From assembly GCA_023244855.1 (NCBI GenBank), contig JAHFLO010000001.1, positions 5,895-69,894 on the forward strand: a stretch of DNA of 64,000 nucleotides, written 5' to 3'. Below are positions 56,311 to 64,000 of the stretch, piece after piece. The position numbers were made by a program, and so were the translations under genes. The notes below the pieces were generated by a model that saw nothing but the letters and a program-made list of their open reading frames with translations, ran no database searches and was not told where the DNA came from. Within the stretch, counting starts at the first letter, position 1; each line of letters opens with the position of its first letter. The stretch is from Candidatus Harrisonbacteria bacterium (GTDB lineage: Bacteria > Patescibacteriota > Minisyncoccia > UBA6257 > UBA11618).

Positions 56311-56699
56311 AAACCATTCTCCTTTCTATCGGTATCGCTATCGTCCTTATTGTAGGAACAATTCTTTTCGCACGCACAACAAATAATCCGAACGACCTTT
56401 TAGCGGGATTAAATAATGTAAGCATCGTAGACGGCACGCAAATAATCGAAATCAGCGCGAAGGGGGGGTATGCGCCGCAAACGACACGAGCCAAAGCCGG
56501 TGTGCCAACAATCATCCGCGTGAGCACGAACAGCACATTTGACTGCTCGTCGTCACTTGTAATCCCTGCTATCGGCTACCGCGGAAGCCTCCCGATAACT
56601 GGCACTATAGATATTCCCGTACCGCCACAAACGGCAGGGGCAGAGCTCCAAGGCCTGTGCGGCATGGGTATGTATAACTTCTTAATTACATTCAACTAA
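56307..56699 (+). CDS. Cupredoxin-like (EfeO N-terminal-type) membrane-anchored protein
   Basis: TM anchor plus QIIEISAKGGYAPQTTRAKAGVPTIIRV...CGMGMY pattern. Lies in the copper cluster. Confidence 0.55.
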   Translation: MKTILLSIGIAIVLIVGTILFARTTNNPNDLLAGLNNVSIVDGTQIIEISAKGGYAPQTTRAKAGVPTIIRVSTNSTFDCSSSLVIPAIGYRGSLPITGTIDIPVPPQTAGAELQGLCGMGMYNFLITFN

Positions 56700-57548
56700 G
56701 TGTCTGTCTATTACACCGCCAAACGAACCAAGGGAACGTACGAACCGGCTTCGCGCGAAGCCTTCAAGTTGTCGCGCTCGAAGATCGACCTCTTCATGCA
56801 ATGCCCGCGGTGCTTTTACCTCGACCGGCGCATAGGCATTGGCCGGCCGCCCGGATTCCCATTCGCGCTCAACTCCGCCGTAGACCACCTCCTTAAAAAG
56901 GAATTCGATATTCACCGCGCGGCGGGCAATAAGCACCCGCTTATGGAAAAGTACGGAATAGATGCCGTGCCCGCACAGCACGAAAAACTCGACGAGTGGC
57001 GCCACAACTTTACGGGCGTGGGGACTTTACACGCAGCCACCAACTTTTACGTCTTCGGCGCGATAGACGACCTATGGCTTAATGCGAAAGGGGAATACAT
57101 GGTGGTGGACTATAAGGCGACCGCAAAAGAAGAAGATATTAATGCCTTAGATAAAGACTGGCACGACGGCTACAAGCGCCAAATGGAAATATACCAATGG
57201 CTCCTACGGCAAAACGGATTCACGGTTTCAAGTACCGGCTACTTTGTGTACTGCAACGGCAAGACAGACAGAAAAGCCTTCGACGGCAAGCTTGACTTCG
57301 ACGTGACGCTCATCGCCTATACGGGAGACTCCGGCTGGGTAGATAAGGCGCTCGTAGACGCGAAAGCCTGCCTCGATAAAAATGAAATCCCGAAAGCGGA
57401 CGCCGCCTGCGACTACTGTGCGTACGTCGCCGCCGTAGAAAAAGATACGCGCCCCGCACCAGATGCCGTTTCACGCATAACCGTAAGCAACCTACCCCCG
57501 CAACGCGCAGCCACACCAAAAAAGAAAACCCCGCCGACGCTTTTCTAG
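56700..57548 (+). CDS. PD-(D/E)XK nuclease-family protein with Cas4-like Cys cluster
   Basis: GTG start. N-terminal LFMQCPRCFYL, core GAIDDLW...VVDYK, C-terminal CDYC (C-x2-C...C-x2-C). Confidence 0.6.
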   Translation: MSVYYTAKRTKGTYEPASREAFKLSRSKIDLFMQCPRCFYLDRRIGIGRPPGFPFALNSAVDHLLKKEFDIHRAAGNKHPLMEKYGIDAVPAQHEKLDEWRHNFTGVGTLHAATNFYVFGAIDDLWLNAKGEYMVVDYKATAKEEDINALDKDWHDGYKRQMEIYQWLLRQNGFTVSSTGYFVYCNGKTDRKAFDGKLDFDVTLIAYTGDSGWVDKALVDAKACLDKNEIPKADAACDYCAYVAAVEKDTRPAPDAVSRITVSNLPPQRAATPKKKTPPTLF

Positions 57549-57554
57549 GGCTCG

Positions 57555-57707
57555 TTTTAAAATAGGCCGCAAGCAGTTTCGAGGGATTTTCGAGCGAGAA
57601 CCGCGATCTTTCGACGAGGAATACCGAGGTATTCCGAGGAGAAAATCGCGATTCGTAGCCGGAAATAACCGAAAATGATGCGGATGGCATCCTAAACTAT
57701 TTTAAGA
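57555..57707. repeat. Nested-hairpin, long imperfect palindromic element (copy D)
   Basis: Outer stem ttttaaaatag/ctattttaaga, inner stem cgcgat/atcgcg, apex ggaatac-CGAG-gtattcc. Five (T)TCGA(G/C)GAG-type words. Confidence 0.6.
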
Positions 57708-57729
57708 TGAGTCCTATATTTGCTATACT
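57701..57729 (+). promoter_or_regulatory. Promoter with TATACT -10 box; the ATG lies 7 nt downstream (leaderless)
   Basis: ttaaga-16-tatact ctatct ATG(57736). Confidence 0.5.
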
Positions 57730-57735
57730 CTATCT

Positions 57736-58218
57736 ATGGCAGCACAAAATGATTTTGCTAAATTTTCCGCAGGGCAGATTGCGGACTTGATAAAGCAGGC
57801 GGACGCGAAGGCAGTTTCTACTTTATATGTTTTAGGTATCTCGACCGCCGCACTCCTTACGCGCATCAACACTATCAAGGCGAGCGGGGGAGCGACGCCT
57901 ATGTGGGGCGCGGTATTCGCCGTCGCCGTACTTTTAATACTCATTGCATTAAAGAGCGTCATCACCGTAATCTACCCGCGCGGCGGCAAGCCCGAGAAAG
58001 GGGATATGACATATTTCGAAAGCATCGCTGCAAACAAAAAAGAAACGTATATCAAAGCCGGCATGGCGCTTACGGACGACGATGTCGCGAAAGCCCTCTA
58101 TAGTAATGCTTATAACTTAGCGAAAGTAGCACATAACAAGTACCACGCCCTCCGCATAGCCCTCGCCCTTACGGCAACCTCGATCGTAACGACTATCCTC
58201 ATTCTCTTTTTAGCCTGA
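57736..58218 (+). CDS. 2-3 TM protein resembling DUF5706/PycTM- or SLATT-type effector modules (tentative)
   Basis: 160 aa. N-terminal amphipathic IADLIKQADAKAVSTLYVLGISTAALL, a second TM helix MWGAVFAVAVLLILIAL, a soluble helix and a C-terminal TM helix. Confidence 0.4.
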   Translation: MAAQNDFAKFSAGQIADLIKQADAKAVSTLYVLGISTAALLTRINTIKASGGATPMWGAVFAVAVLLILIALKSVITVIYPRGGKPEKGDMTYFESIAANKKETYIKAGMALTDDDVAKALYSNAYNLAKVAHNKYHALRIALALTATSIVTTILILFLA

Positions 58219-58306
58219 TCTAGCACGAATCTTGCCATTTTTAAGAAACCCTGCTATTATATGGGCATAGTTAGTCGTAAGAGGCACATATAATTAACCA
58301 ACACTT

Positions 58307-59401
58307 ATGCCGCATATCGTAAAAGCAAATTCGCCGCTCACGGCCCTTTTTAAGGAACCGGGGGCATTCGCACCCTTGAAAAACGGGGAGCTTATCAATG
58401 CATCGTATATCGGGAAGACCCAGCACGCACATTTCTTCGACCTCGGTCGCGCAGGCACGGGCATCGTGTACGGCCTAGAGCTCATGAACGCATACGACGT
58501 AATCAAGGTCATTAAACCCGGTGATACTATCCTCGCGAAGATCGTGGATGCCGAAAACGAGGAAGGGTACGCCGAACTTTCCATCAACGAAACCGGCAAG
58601 CACAAGGCGTGGCAGGAAATCCAAGACATGCAAGACCAAGGTCTGCCGATCAAGCTCATGATTGTGAGCGCAAACACCGGCGGGCTCGTGGGCATGATTA
58701 ACGACATCAAGGCGTTCTTGCCCGTGTCGCAATTGACCCCCGACCACTACCCGCGCGTGACAGACGGTGACCGCATTAAAATTTTGGATGAACTTAAGAA
58801 GTTCGTCGGCACGGAACTTACCGTCAAGGTTATCGACTTTAATGCCCGCACCAGCAAGCTCATCGTCTCCGAGCGCGGTGTACTCGACGAAAACATGAAG
58901 GAGCAACTCGCCAAGTACACACCAGGGCAGACCGTGCAGGTTGTCGTCTCGGGCGTCGCGGACTTCGGGGTGTTCGTGAAGTTCGCGGATAACATGAACG
59001 TCGAAGGCTTGATCCATATTTCGGAGCTTGATCACCGCCTCATCGAAGACCCGCGCGAAGCGGTCGCGGTAGGCGACGTGCTCAAAGCCCAGATCGTCGA
59101 AATAAAAGATGGGCGGGTATCCTTGTCGCTGAAGGCGCTTAAGGCCAATCCGTGGGATAGCGTTGAAGAAAAGTACAAGGAAGGGCAGGAAGTGCAGGGG
59201 ACAGTACACCGCTTCAACCAGCTCGGTGCGGTGGTTAAAATCGACTCCGACTTCCAAGGGTTAATCCGCGCCGCCGACTTCGGCGGAACGGATGAAATGG
59301 AAAAGGCAGTGACCGTAGGCCAAGCGGGCACGTTCATTATCGAAGCGATCAAGCCCGCGGAAAAGCGGATTATGCTTAAAATGGCGGAATTAAAAAAATA
59401 A
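58307..59401 (+). CDS. rpsA: 30S ribosomal protein S1 (4 S1 domains)
   Basis: 364 aa with repeated S1 OB motifs ([10 protein letters not shown].., [10 protein letters not shown].., [40 protein letters not shown]). Confidence 0.85.
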   Translation: MPHIVKANSPLTALFKEPGAFAPLKNGELINASYIGKTQHAHFFDLGRAGTGIVYGLELMNAYDVIKVIKPGDTILAKIVDAENEEGYAELSINETGKHKAWQEIQDMQDQGLPIKLMIVSANTGGLVGMINDIKAFLPVSQLTPDHYPRVTDGDRIKILDELKKFVGTELTVKVIDFNARTSKLIVSERGVLDENMKEQLAKYTPGQTVQVVVSGVADFGVFVKFADNMNVEGLIHISELDHRLIEDPREAVAVGDVLKAQIVEIKDGRVSLSLKALKANPWDSVEEKYKEGQEVQGTVHRFNQLGAVVKIDSDFQGLIRAADFGGTDEMEKAVTVGQAGTFIIEAIKPAEKRIMLKMAELKK

Positions 59402-59406
59402 AACAT

Positions 59407-59634
59407 ATGCTCACAGTCAGACAGAAAAAAACAGTAGTCAACGCGACAAAGAAGCACGAAACGGACACCGGTTCGACTAAAGTACAGATCGCACTTCTTA
59501 CGAAGCAGATCGAGGAACTTACCGCGCACTTGAAGAAGCACGCGAAAGATCACCACTCGCGCCGCGGCCTCCTGCAGATGGTTGGCAAGCGCCGCCGTCT
59601 CATAAAGTACGCAGCACGCCATGACGCGCAATAA
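59407..59634 (+). CDS. rpsO: 30S ribosomal protein S15 (C-terminally short, 75 aa)
   Basis: [46 protein letters not shown]. Ends about 13 aa earlier than typical S15. Confidence 0.85.
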   Translation: MLTVRQKKTVVNATKKHETDTGSTKVQIALLTKQIEELTAHLKKHAKDHHSRRGLLQMVGKRRRLIKYAARHDAQ

Positions 59635-60235
59635 GGAGCACCGCGTCGGCATTTTTATAGACGTACAGAACCTGTACCACTCCGCCAAGAACCTCTTCCA
59701 GTCCCGCGTAAACTACAAGGAGCTCGTGAAGGAGGTGACGGCAGGTCGCAAGCTGATCCGCGTTATCGGCTACGTTGTTAAAACGGAAACCACCGAAGGG
59801 GAGGCTGCATTTTTCGACGCGCTCACGAAAGCGGGCGTAGAGCTGCGCGTAAAAGACATTCAGATATTCGCCGGCGGCGCAAAGAAAGCGGACTGGGATG
59901 TAGGCATGGCAGTAGACGCTATCCGCATGGCGGATTCGTTCGATGCCATTGTACTTGTGACAGGCGACGGCGACTTCTGCCCGCTCGTAGAGTACTTAAA
60001 GTGGGGATTGGGAAAGACGGTAGAGGTCGCAGCGTTCTCGCGCAGCACTTCAAGTAAGTTGAAAGAAGTCGCTGATACGTTCGTCACGCTCGACGAATTC
60101 CCAGCCGTGATATTAGGAGCTGGCCGCGTACGGCGCACCACAGCACGCACGTCCGCGAAGCGCGCAGGCATGCCGATGCCGGAAGCGCCTACTACGCCCA
60201 CCTCGCCCGAAGACCGCGAAACCTACGGAGAATAA
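59621..60235 (+). CDS. NYN-domain (LabA/DUF88, PIN-like) putative RNase
   Basis: [40 protein letters not shown]. Overlaps the rpsO 3' end by 14 nt. Confidence 0.7.
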   Translation: MTRNKEHRVGIFIDVQNLYHSAKNLFQSRVNYKELVKEVTAGRKLIRVIGYVVKTETTEGEAAFFDALTKAGVELRVKDIQIFAGGAKKADWDVGMAVDAIRMADSFDAIVLVTGDGDFCPLVEYLKWGLGKTVEVAAFSRSTSSKLKEVADTFVTLDEFPAVILGAGRVRRTTARTSAKRAGMPMPEAPTTPTSPEDRETYGE

Positions 60236-60253
60236 TTTTTAAATAAAAACTAC

Positions 60254-62308
60254 ATGGATCTGAACAGGAAGAAATTCGAAACGGAAATAGACGGAAAGAA
60301 GCTCATCATCGAAACCTCACGCCTTGCCGAGCAAGCAAACGCCGCGGTAATCGGAACATGGGGCGGCACCACCGTACTCGCAACAGCCGTAATGACGGGC
60401 GAAGATTCGCCGCGCGACTATTTACCACTCTCCGTAGAATTCGAGGAGCGTTTTTATGCTGCGGGTAAAATACTTGGCGGCAGATACATGCGCCGCGAGG
60501 GGAGAGCGAGCGAAAACGCTATTTTATCTGCCCGTATCATCGACCGCACGATACGTCCGCTTTTTGACCAGCGCGTTCGACGCGACATACAGGTAGTTAT
60601 CACCGTGCTTTCGTACGAAGAGGATTCCAGCCCCGTTACGTTAGGGCTCGTAGCCGCCTCCGCGGCGCTCGCTATGTCTGATATCCCGTGGAACGGGCCG
60701 GTTGCCGGCGTACAAATCAAGAAAGATAACTGGACGGCATTCGTCGCAGGCACCGCAGACAAAATCAACATGATTGAGCTCGAAGGGATCGACGTACCCG
60801 AAGCAGAAATCGTCGGCGATTTTACTGCCGCGATGGCGGAGATCAAGAAGCTCGTCGAATTCCAAAAAACGATCGTCGCGCAAATCGGCAAGTCGAAGGC
60901 GGAGGTTATGTTAAAGACTCCGTCACCGGAGCTCGTAGCAAAGGTGCGCGGCTTTCTCGCAGATAAGCTGGAACCCGCAATGTACGTCGTCTCTAAAATA
61001 GACCGCGTGGCGAACGTATCGCATATCCAAAAGGACTTGATGACGTTCTTAAAGGAATCCGAAGCGACGCAAGGCGATTTGGACGACGCGGGCCGCGTCT
61101 TCGAAGATTATGTAGACGAAATCGTCCATAAAAATATCTGTAGCGCGAAAGACGGCGAAGAAAAGCGCCCCGACCACCGCAAACTCGACGAAGTGCGCGA
61201 CCTGCACGCCGAAGTAGGAGTATTAGAACGTATTCATGGCTCGGCATTATTCATCCGCGGTAACACGCAGGCACTCGCGACAGTAACCCTCGCGCCGCCG
61301 GACACGAACCAGCTCGTCGAAAATATTTTCTTCACGGGCGAAAAGAATTTCATGCTCCACTATAACTTCCCGCCGTACTGCACGGGGGAGACGGGTAGCT
61401 TCCGCGGGCCAGGCAGACGCGAAATCGGCCACGGCAACTTGGCGGAAAAGGCGCTTGCACGGTTAATCCCCACACAAGACGAATTCCCGTACACGGTACG
61501 TATCGTTTCCGAAATTCTGTCGTCTAACGGATCATCTTCCATGGCATCCGTCTGCGGCGGCTGCCTAGCACTCATGGACGCGGGCGTGCCTATTAAGAAA
61601 ATGGCAGCCGGTATTGCCATGGGCATGATGAGCGACGAAAAGAAGGGAGTCTATAAAATATTAACGGACATCCAAGGCCCCGAAGACCACTACGGCGACA
61701 TGGACTTCAAGGTAGCGGGAACGAAAGACGGCGTAAACGCCGTGCAGATGGACGTAAAGGTAGACGGCGTAACGCCCGAAATTATTGGCCGCACGCTCGA
61801 GCAAGCGAAGCGCGCCCGCCTCCACATAATGGGCGCAATGGAAAAAGCGATTACCGCTCCGCGCACGGACATTTCGAAATACGCACCGGTAGTCATGAAA
61901 ATAACGATCAACCCCGAGCAGATTGGCGACATTATCGGCCCTGGCGGAAAGATCATTAAAGGCATTATCGAAGCGACGGGCATTATCAATATGGATATCC
62001 GCCAAACAGGCGACGTCTTCATCTACGCGCATGATAAAGATTCGGCGCTTGCGGCAAAGAACTGTGTGGACGATATTGCTCACGAGTACAAGGTGGGGGA
62101 CATCATCGAAGGCACGGTTGAACGCATTTTGGAATTCGGCGCGATTATCGAATGGGGTAACGGCCGGAGCGGCATGATCCACGTCTCGGAGCTGAAGAAC
62201 GGCTACGTGAAGAGCGTGGAAGAAGTCGTCCACTTGGGCGACGTAGTGCAAGCAAAAATCATCCGCCTCGAAGACGGCAAAGTAGGGTTAAGCTTGAAGG
62301 GACTGTAG
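60254..62308 (+). CDS. pnp: Polyribonucleotide nucleotidyltransferase (PNPase)
   Basis: 684 aa. Two RNase PH domains, KH (IGPGGKIIKGI) and S1 (GDIIEGTVERILEFGAIIEW). Confidence 0.95.
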   Translation: MDLNRKKFETEIDGKKLIIETSRLAEQANAAVIGTWGGTTVLATAVMTGEDSPRDYLPLSVEFEERFYAAGKILGGRYMRREGRASENAILSARIIDRTIRPLFDQRVRRDIQVVITVLSYEEDSSPVTLGLVAASAALAMSDIPWNGPVAGVQIKKDNWTAFVAGTADKINMIELEGIDVPEAEIVGDFTAAMAEIKKLVEFQKTIVAQIGKSKAEVMLKTPSPELVAKVRGFLADKLEPAMYVVSKIDRVANVSHIQKDLMTFLKESEATQGDLDDAGRVFEDYVDEIVHKNICSAKDGEEKRPDHRKLDEVRDLHAEVGVLERIHGSALFIRGNTQALATVTLAPPDTNQLVENIFFTGEKNFMLHYNFPPYCTGETGSFRGPGRREIGHGNLAEKALARLIPTQDEFPYTVRIVSEILSSNGSSSMASVCGGCLALMDAGVPIKKMAAGIAMGMMSDEKKGVYKILTDIQGPEDHYGDMDFKVAGTKDGVNAVQMDVKVDGVTPEIIGRTLEQAKRARLHIMGAMEKAITAPRTDISKYAPVVMKITINPEQIGDIIGPGGKIIKGIIEATGIINMDIRQTGDVFIYAHDKDSALAAKNCVDDIAHEYKVGDIIEGTVERILEFGAIIEWGNGRSGMIHVSELKNGYVKSVEEVVHLGDVVQAKIIRLEDGKVGLSLKGL

Positions 62309-62333
62309 AGCTACGACATTTTCGAGGGCGAGT

Positions 62334-62541
62334 AAACCTTTCGTGCTAAGGCAACCTAAGTGGAGGCGGATAGCAAATCCCCGAAGGAGGAAATAAAAGC
62401 CGATGAAAAATCGCTGTATGAATCCCAAAATACCCGCCTTTCGCGGGTTTTTGGTTGAGTTCGATTTTTACTGTCGGCTTTTACGACGAGAGAGGTTGGA
62501 TTTGCATACGCCGTAACGGGTTGCCGAGGCACGAAGGGTTT
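62334..62541. repeat. 208-nt long imperfect palindrome (copy E) with the pnp terminator at its apex
   Basis: Paired layers: aaacctttcgtgc/gcacgaagggttt, ggcaacc/gggttgcc, gcaaatcc/ggatttgc, aaaagccga..aaaaatcg/cgattttt..tcggctttt. Apex acccgc-ctttc-gcgggttttt (62432-62453). Confidence 0.7.
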
Positions 62542-62593
62542 GCGAGTAATTTAGTTATCCACAGCCATACATAATGCTATACTTTTAAAAACT

Positions 62594-63688
62594 ATGGATG
62601 AATTAAACCCCGCAACATTACCGCAAAATAATAACGTGCCGCCGAGCGTGCCAATGCCGCAGCCGACACCCCAGTCGAATATCGTACCGCCTCCGCCGAC
62701 TACGCCGGAGGTTATGGTACGCACTATGGAAAGCGACATCCGCTCCGTGCAGGCCACGGGCGAAGCCGTAGCGCAGCCAGTTACTCCGCCGCCGCCAATG
62801 GCGACACCTCCGCAGCCAATACAATCCGCACCCATGGCCGCGCCCGTACAGTTCCCCGTACAGACTGCACCAGCCCCTGCGCCGATGCCCGACGTGCGCG
62901 AAATGAAATCCGGCAGGCTTCTCTTATGGCTCTTTATGCTCATCCTCGTGGTCGGCATTGGCTGGGTAACGTACAAGTACGGCCTGCCCGCATACCGCGC
63001 CATGATGCCGAGCGAGTCCGCACCAGCTGCGGAAGTACAGCCAACAGCAACCGAGCCTAGTTCGGCTGGCCTCGCGCCCACAGCGCCAGTAGTACCACCC
63101 GCACCCGCGGCACCCGCAATAACTCCGCTCGGGGGAGCGCAAACAAGTTTAACGAAGATTGAAACCGACGGCACCGCAACCTCCATCACCGCAGCGCTTG
63201 CAGCGGAGGCGGCAAAAACGAAATCCGCAAGCGGCACCCTTACGGAAGTCTCGATACTTAATGCTGGTGCGCCCATGAGCTTCGCCACCGTTATGGGAGC
63301 CTTATTGCCGGAAGCGAAAACGAACGGCTTAGACGGCATTCTTACCGCCGCATTCGACCCTGTCTTTTCCGCCTACCTCTTTTACGACGACCGCGGCGCA
63401 TGGCCCGGCTATATCGCGAAAATCAACCCCGCGTCCCAAATAGACGCCGCAACTCTCGCGAGCCGCTTGCAAGCAATCGAAACGAGCTCCTATAAAAACC
63501 TCTTTCTCGCGGACCCCGGCGCCCCCGCCACGTTCCGCACCGGCCAAGCGCGCGACAAATACATCGACCGCTTCGTTTCCCTTGCGACGGACGGCGCGCT
63601 CTTTAGCTATGGTATCTTCGGCGACTATGTGATAATCAACACCTCGAATAACGGCCTCGTAAAAGCCCTCGATTTACTAAAACTGTAA
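62594..63688 (+). CDS. Hypothetical Pro-rich, single-pass membrane protein
   Basis: 364 aa. Pro-rich N-terminus, TM helix LLLWLFMLILVVGIGWV, globular C-terminal domain. Confidence 0.55.
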   Translation: MDELNPATLPQNNNVPPSVPMPQPTPQSNIVPPPPTTPEVMVRTMESDIRSVQATGEAVAQPVTPPPPMATPPQPIQSAPMAAPVQFPVQTAPAPAPMPDVREMKSGRLLLWLFMLILVVGIGWVTYKYGLPAYRAMMPSESAPAAEVQPTATEPSSAGLAPTAPVVPPAPAAPAITPLGGAQTSLTKIETDGTATSITAALAAEAAKTKSASGTLTEVSILNAGAPMSFATVMGALLPEAKTNGLDGILTAAFDPVFSAYLFYDDRGAWPGYIAKINPASQIDAATLASRLQAIETSSYKNLFLADPGAPATFRTGQARDKYIDRFVSLATDGALFSYGIFGDYVIINTSNNGLVKALDLLKL

Positions 63689-63725
63689 GCGAAGAAATAT
63701 AGCAGAGGATTAGATTAATACGCAT

Positions 63726-63757
63726 AAAAAATACCGGATGAATATCCGGTATTTTTT
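63726..63757 (+). terminator. Rho-independent terminator
   Basis: aaaaaataccggatgaatatccggtatttttt. Confidence 0.8.
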
Positions 63758-63857
63758 ATGTTTAAAGTCTGATTTTTTACACCAAAAGCAATTTACTATT
63801 AATATGCCGACCGGCATATTCATAGTAAATTATGATGCGTAAACTGCCCTTAACGCA

Positions 63858-64000
63858 TTATTTCTCTCGCAGGCGGTAGGTGAAGGCTTCGGCTACATGA
63901 GCTTCGGAAACAGACGGTGCGCCTTCGATATCTGCTATAGTGCGTGCGACTTTCAATAAGCGGTAGTACCCGCGCGCGGAGAGCGTAGCGCTTTTCCACA
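63858..64000 (-). CDS. YifB/ComM-family Mg-chelatase-like ATPase, C-terminal end (partial)
   Basis: Reverse strand reads ..SARGYYRLLKVARTIADIEGAPSVSEAHVAEAFTYRLREK*. Followed by an 18-bp inverted-repeat hairpin at 63783-63820. Confidence 0.65.
   Translation of the reverse strand, partial: WKSATLSARGYYRLLKVARTIADIEGAPSVSEAHVAEAFTYRLREK

Noticed and set aside
1-64000. CRISPR arrays, rRNA genes, transposases, phage integrases
   Set aside because: No regularly spaced direct repeats were seen. No rRNA-like stretches were found other than a 16-nt tail motif. No DDE or serine-recombinase ORFs are present, and the only tyrosine recombinase looks like housekeeping XerC/D.

Overview
The window looks like a chromosomal segment of a reduced-genome Patescibacteria/CPR-like (Parcubacteria-type) bacterium. 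This is inferred from gene content: a short IF-2, trimmed aminoacyl-tRNA synthetases, tandem T4SS-pilin-like genes, orphan solute-binding proteins and a tail-fibre-like surface protein. I can support about 70 protein genes, 13 tRNAs, many hairpin terminators and several sigma70-like promoters. I found no rRNA, CRISPR array, transposase or phage integrase. Core genes include cca, recG, valS, tsaD, rbfA-infB, gyrA, xerC/D, ftsH, nusA-ppa-tig-clpP-tyrS, argS, eno-gpmA, a csoR-copA copper cluster and rpsA-rpsO-pnp. Four things stand out. (1) A family of structured intergenic elements sits mostly just after tRNA genes; three copies share a two-hairpin module with conserved loops and compensatory stem changes. 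(2) Long palindromes centred on terminators mirror the 3' halves of tRNAs, and direct copies of tRNA 3' ends bracket small inserts. (3) Genes fall into two classes: core genes with no Shine-Dalgarno (SD) sequence, often leaderless, versus small tRNA-linked islets of hypothetical genes that each have a strong SD, a TTGACA/TATAAT-type promoter and a terminator. (4) A roughly 450-bp A+T-rich block dense in iterons and palindromes lies upstream of yraN-nusA. Smaller oddities are a 16-nt copy of the 16S rRNA 3' tail, four perfect DnaA-box 9-mers (all intergenic), a NYN-nuclease gene wedged into rpsO-pnp, and a tRNA-Ile with anticodon UAU. All calls come from reading the sequence and ORF translations; no database search was run.
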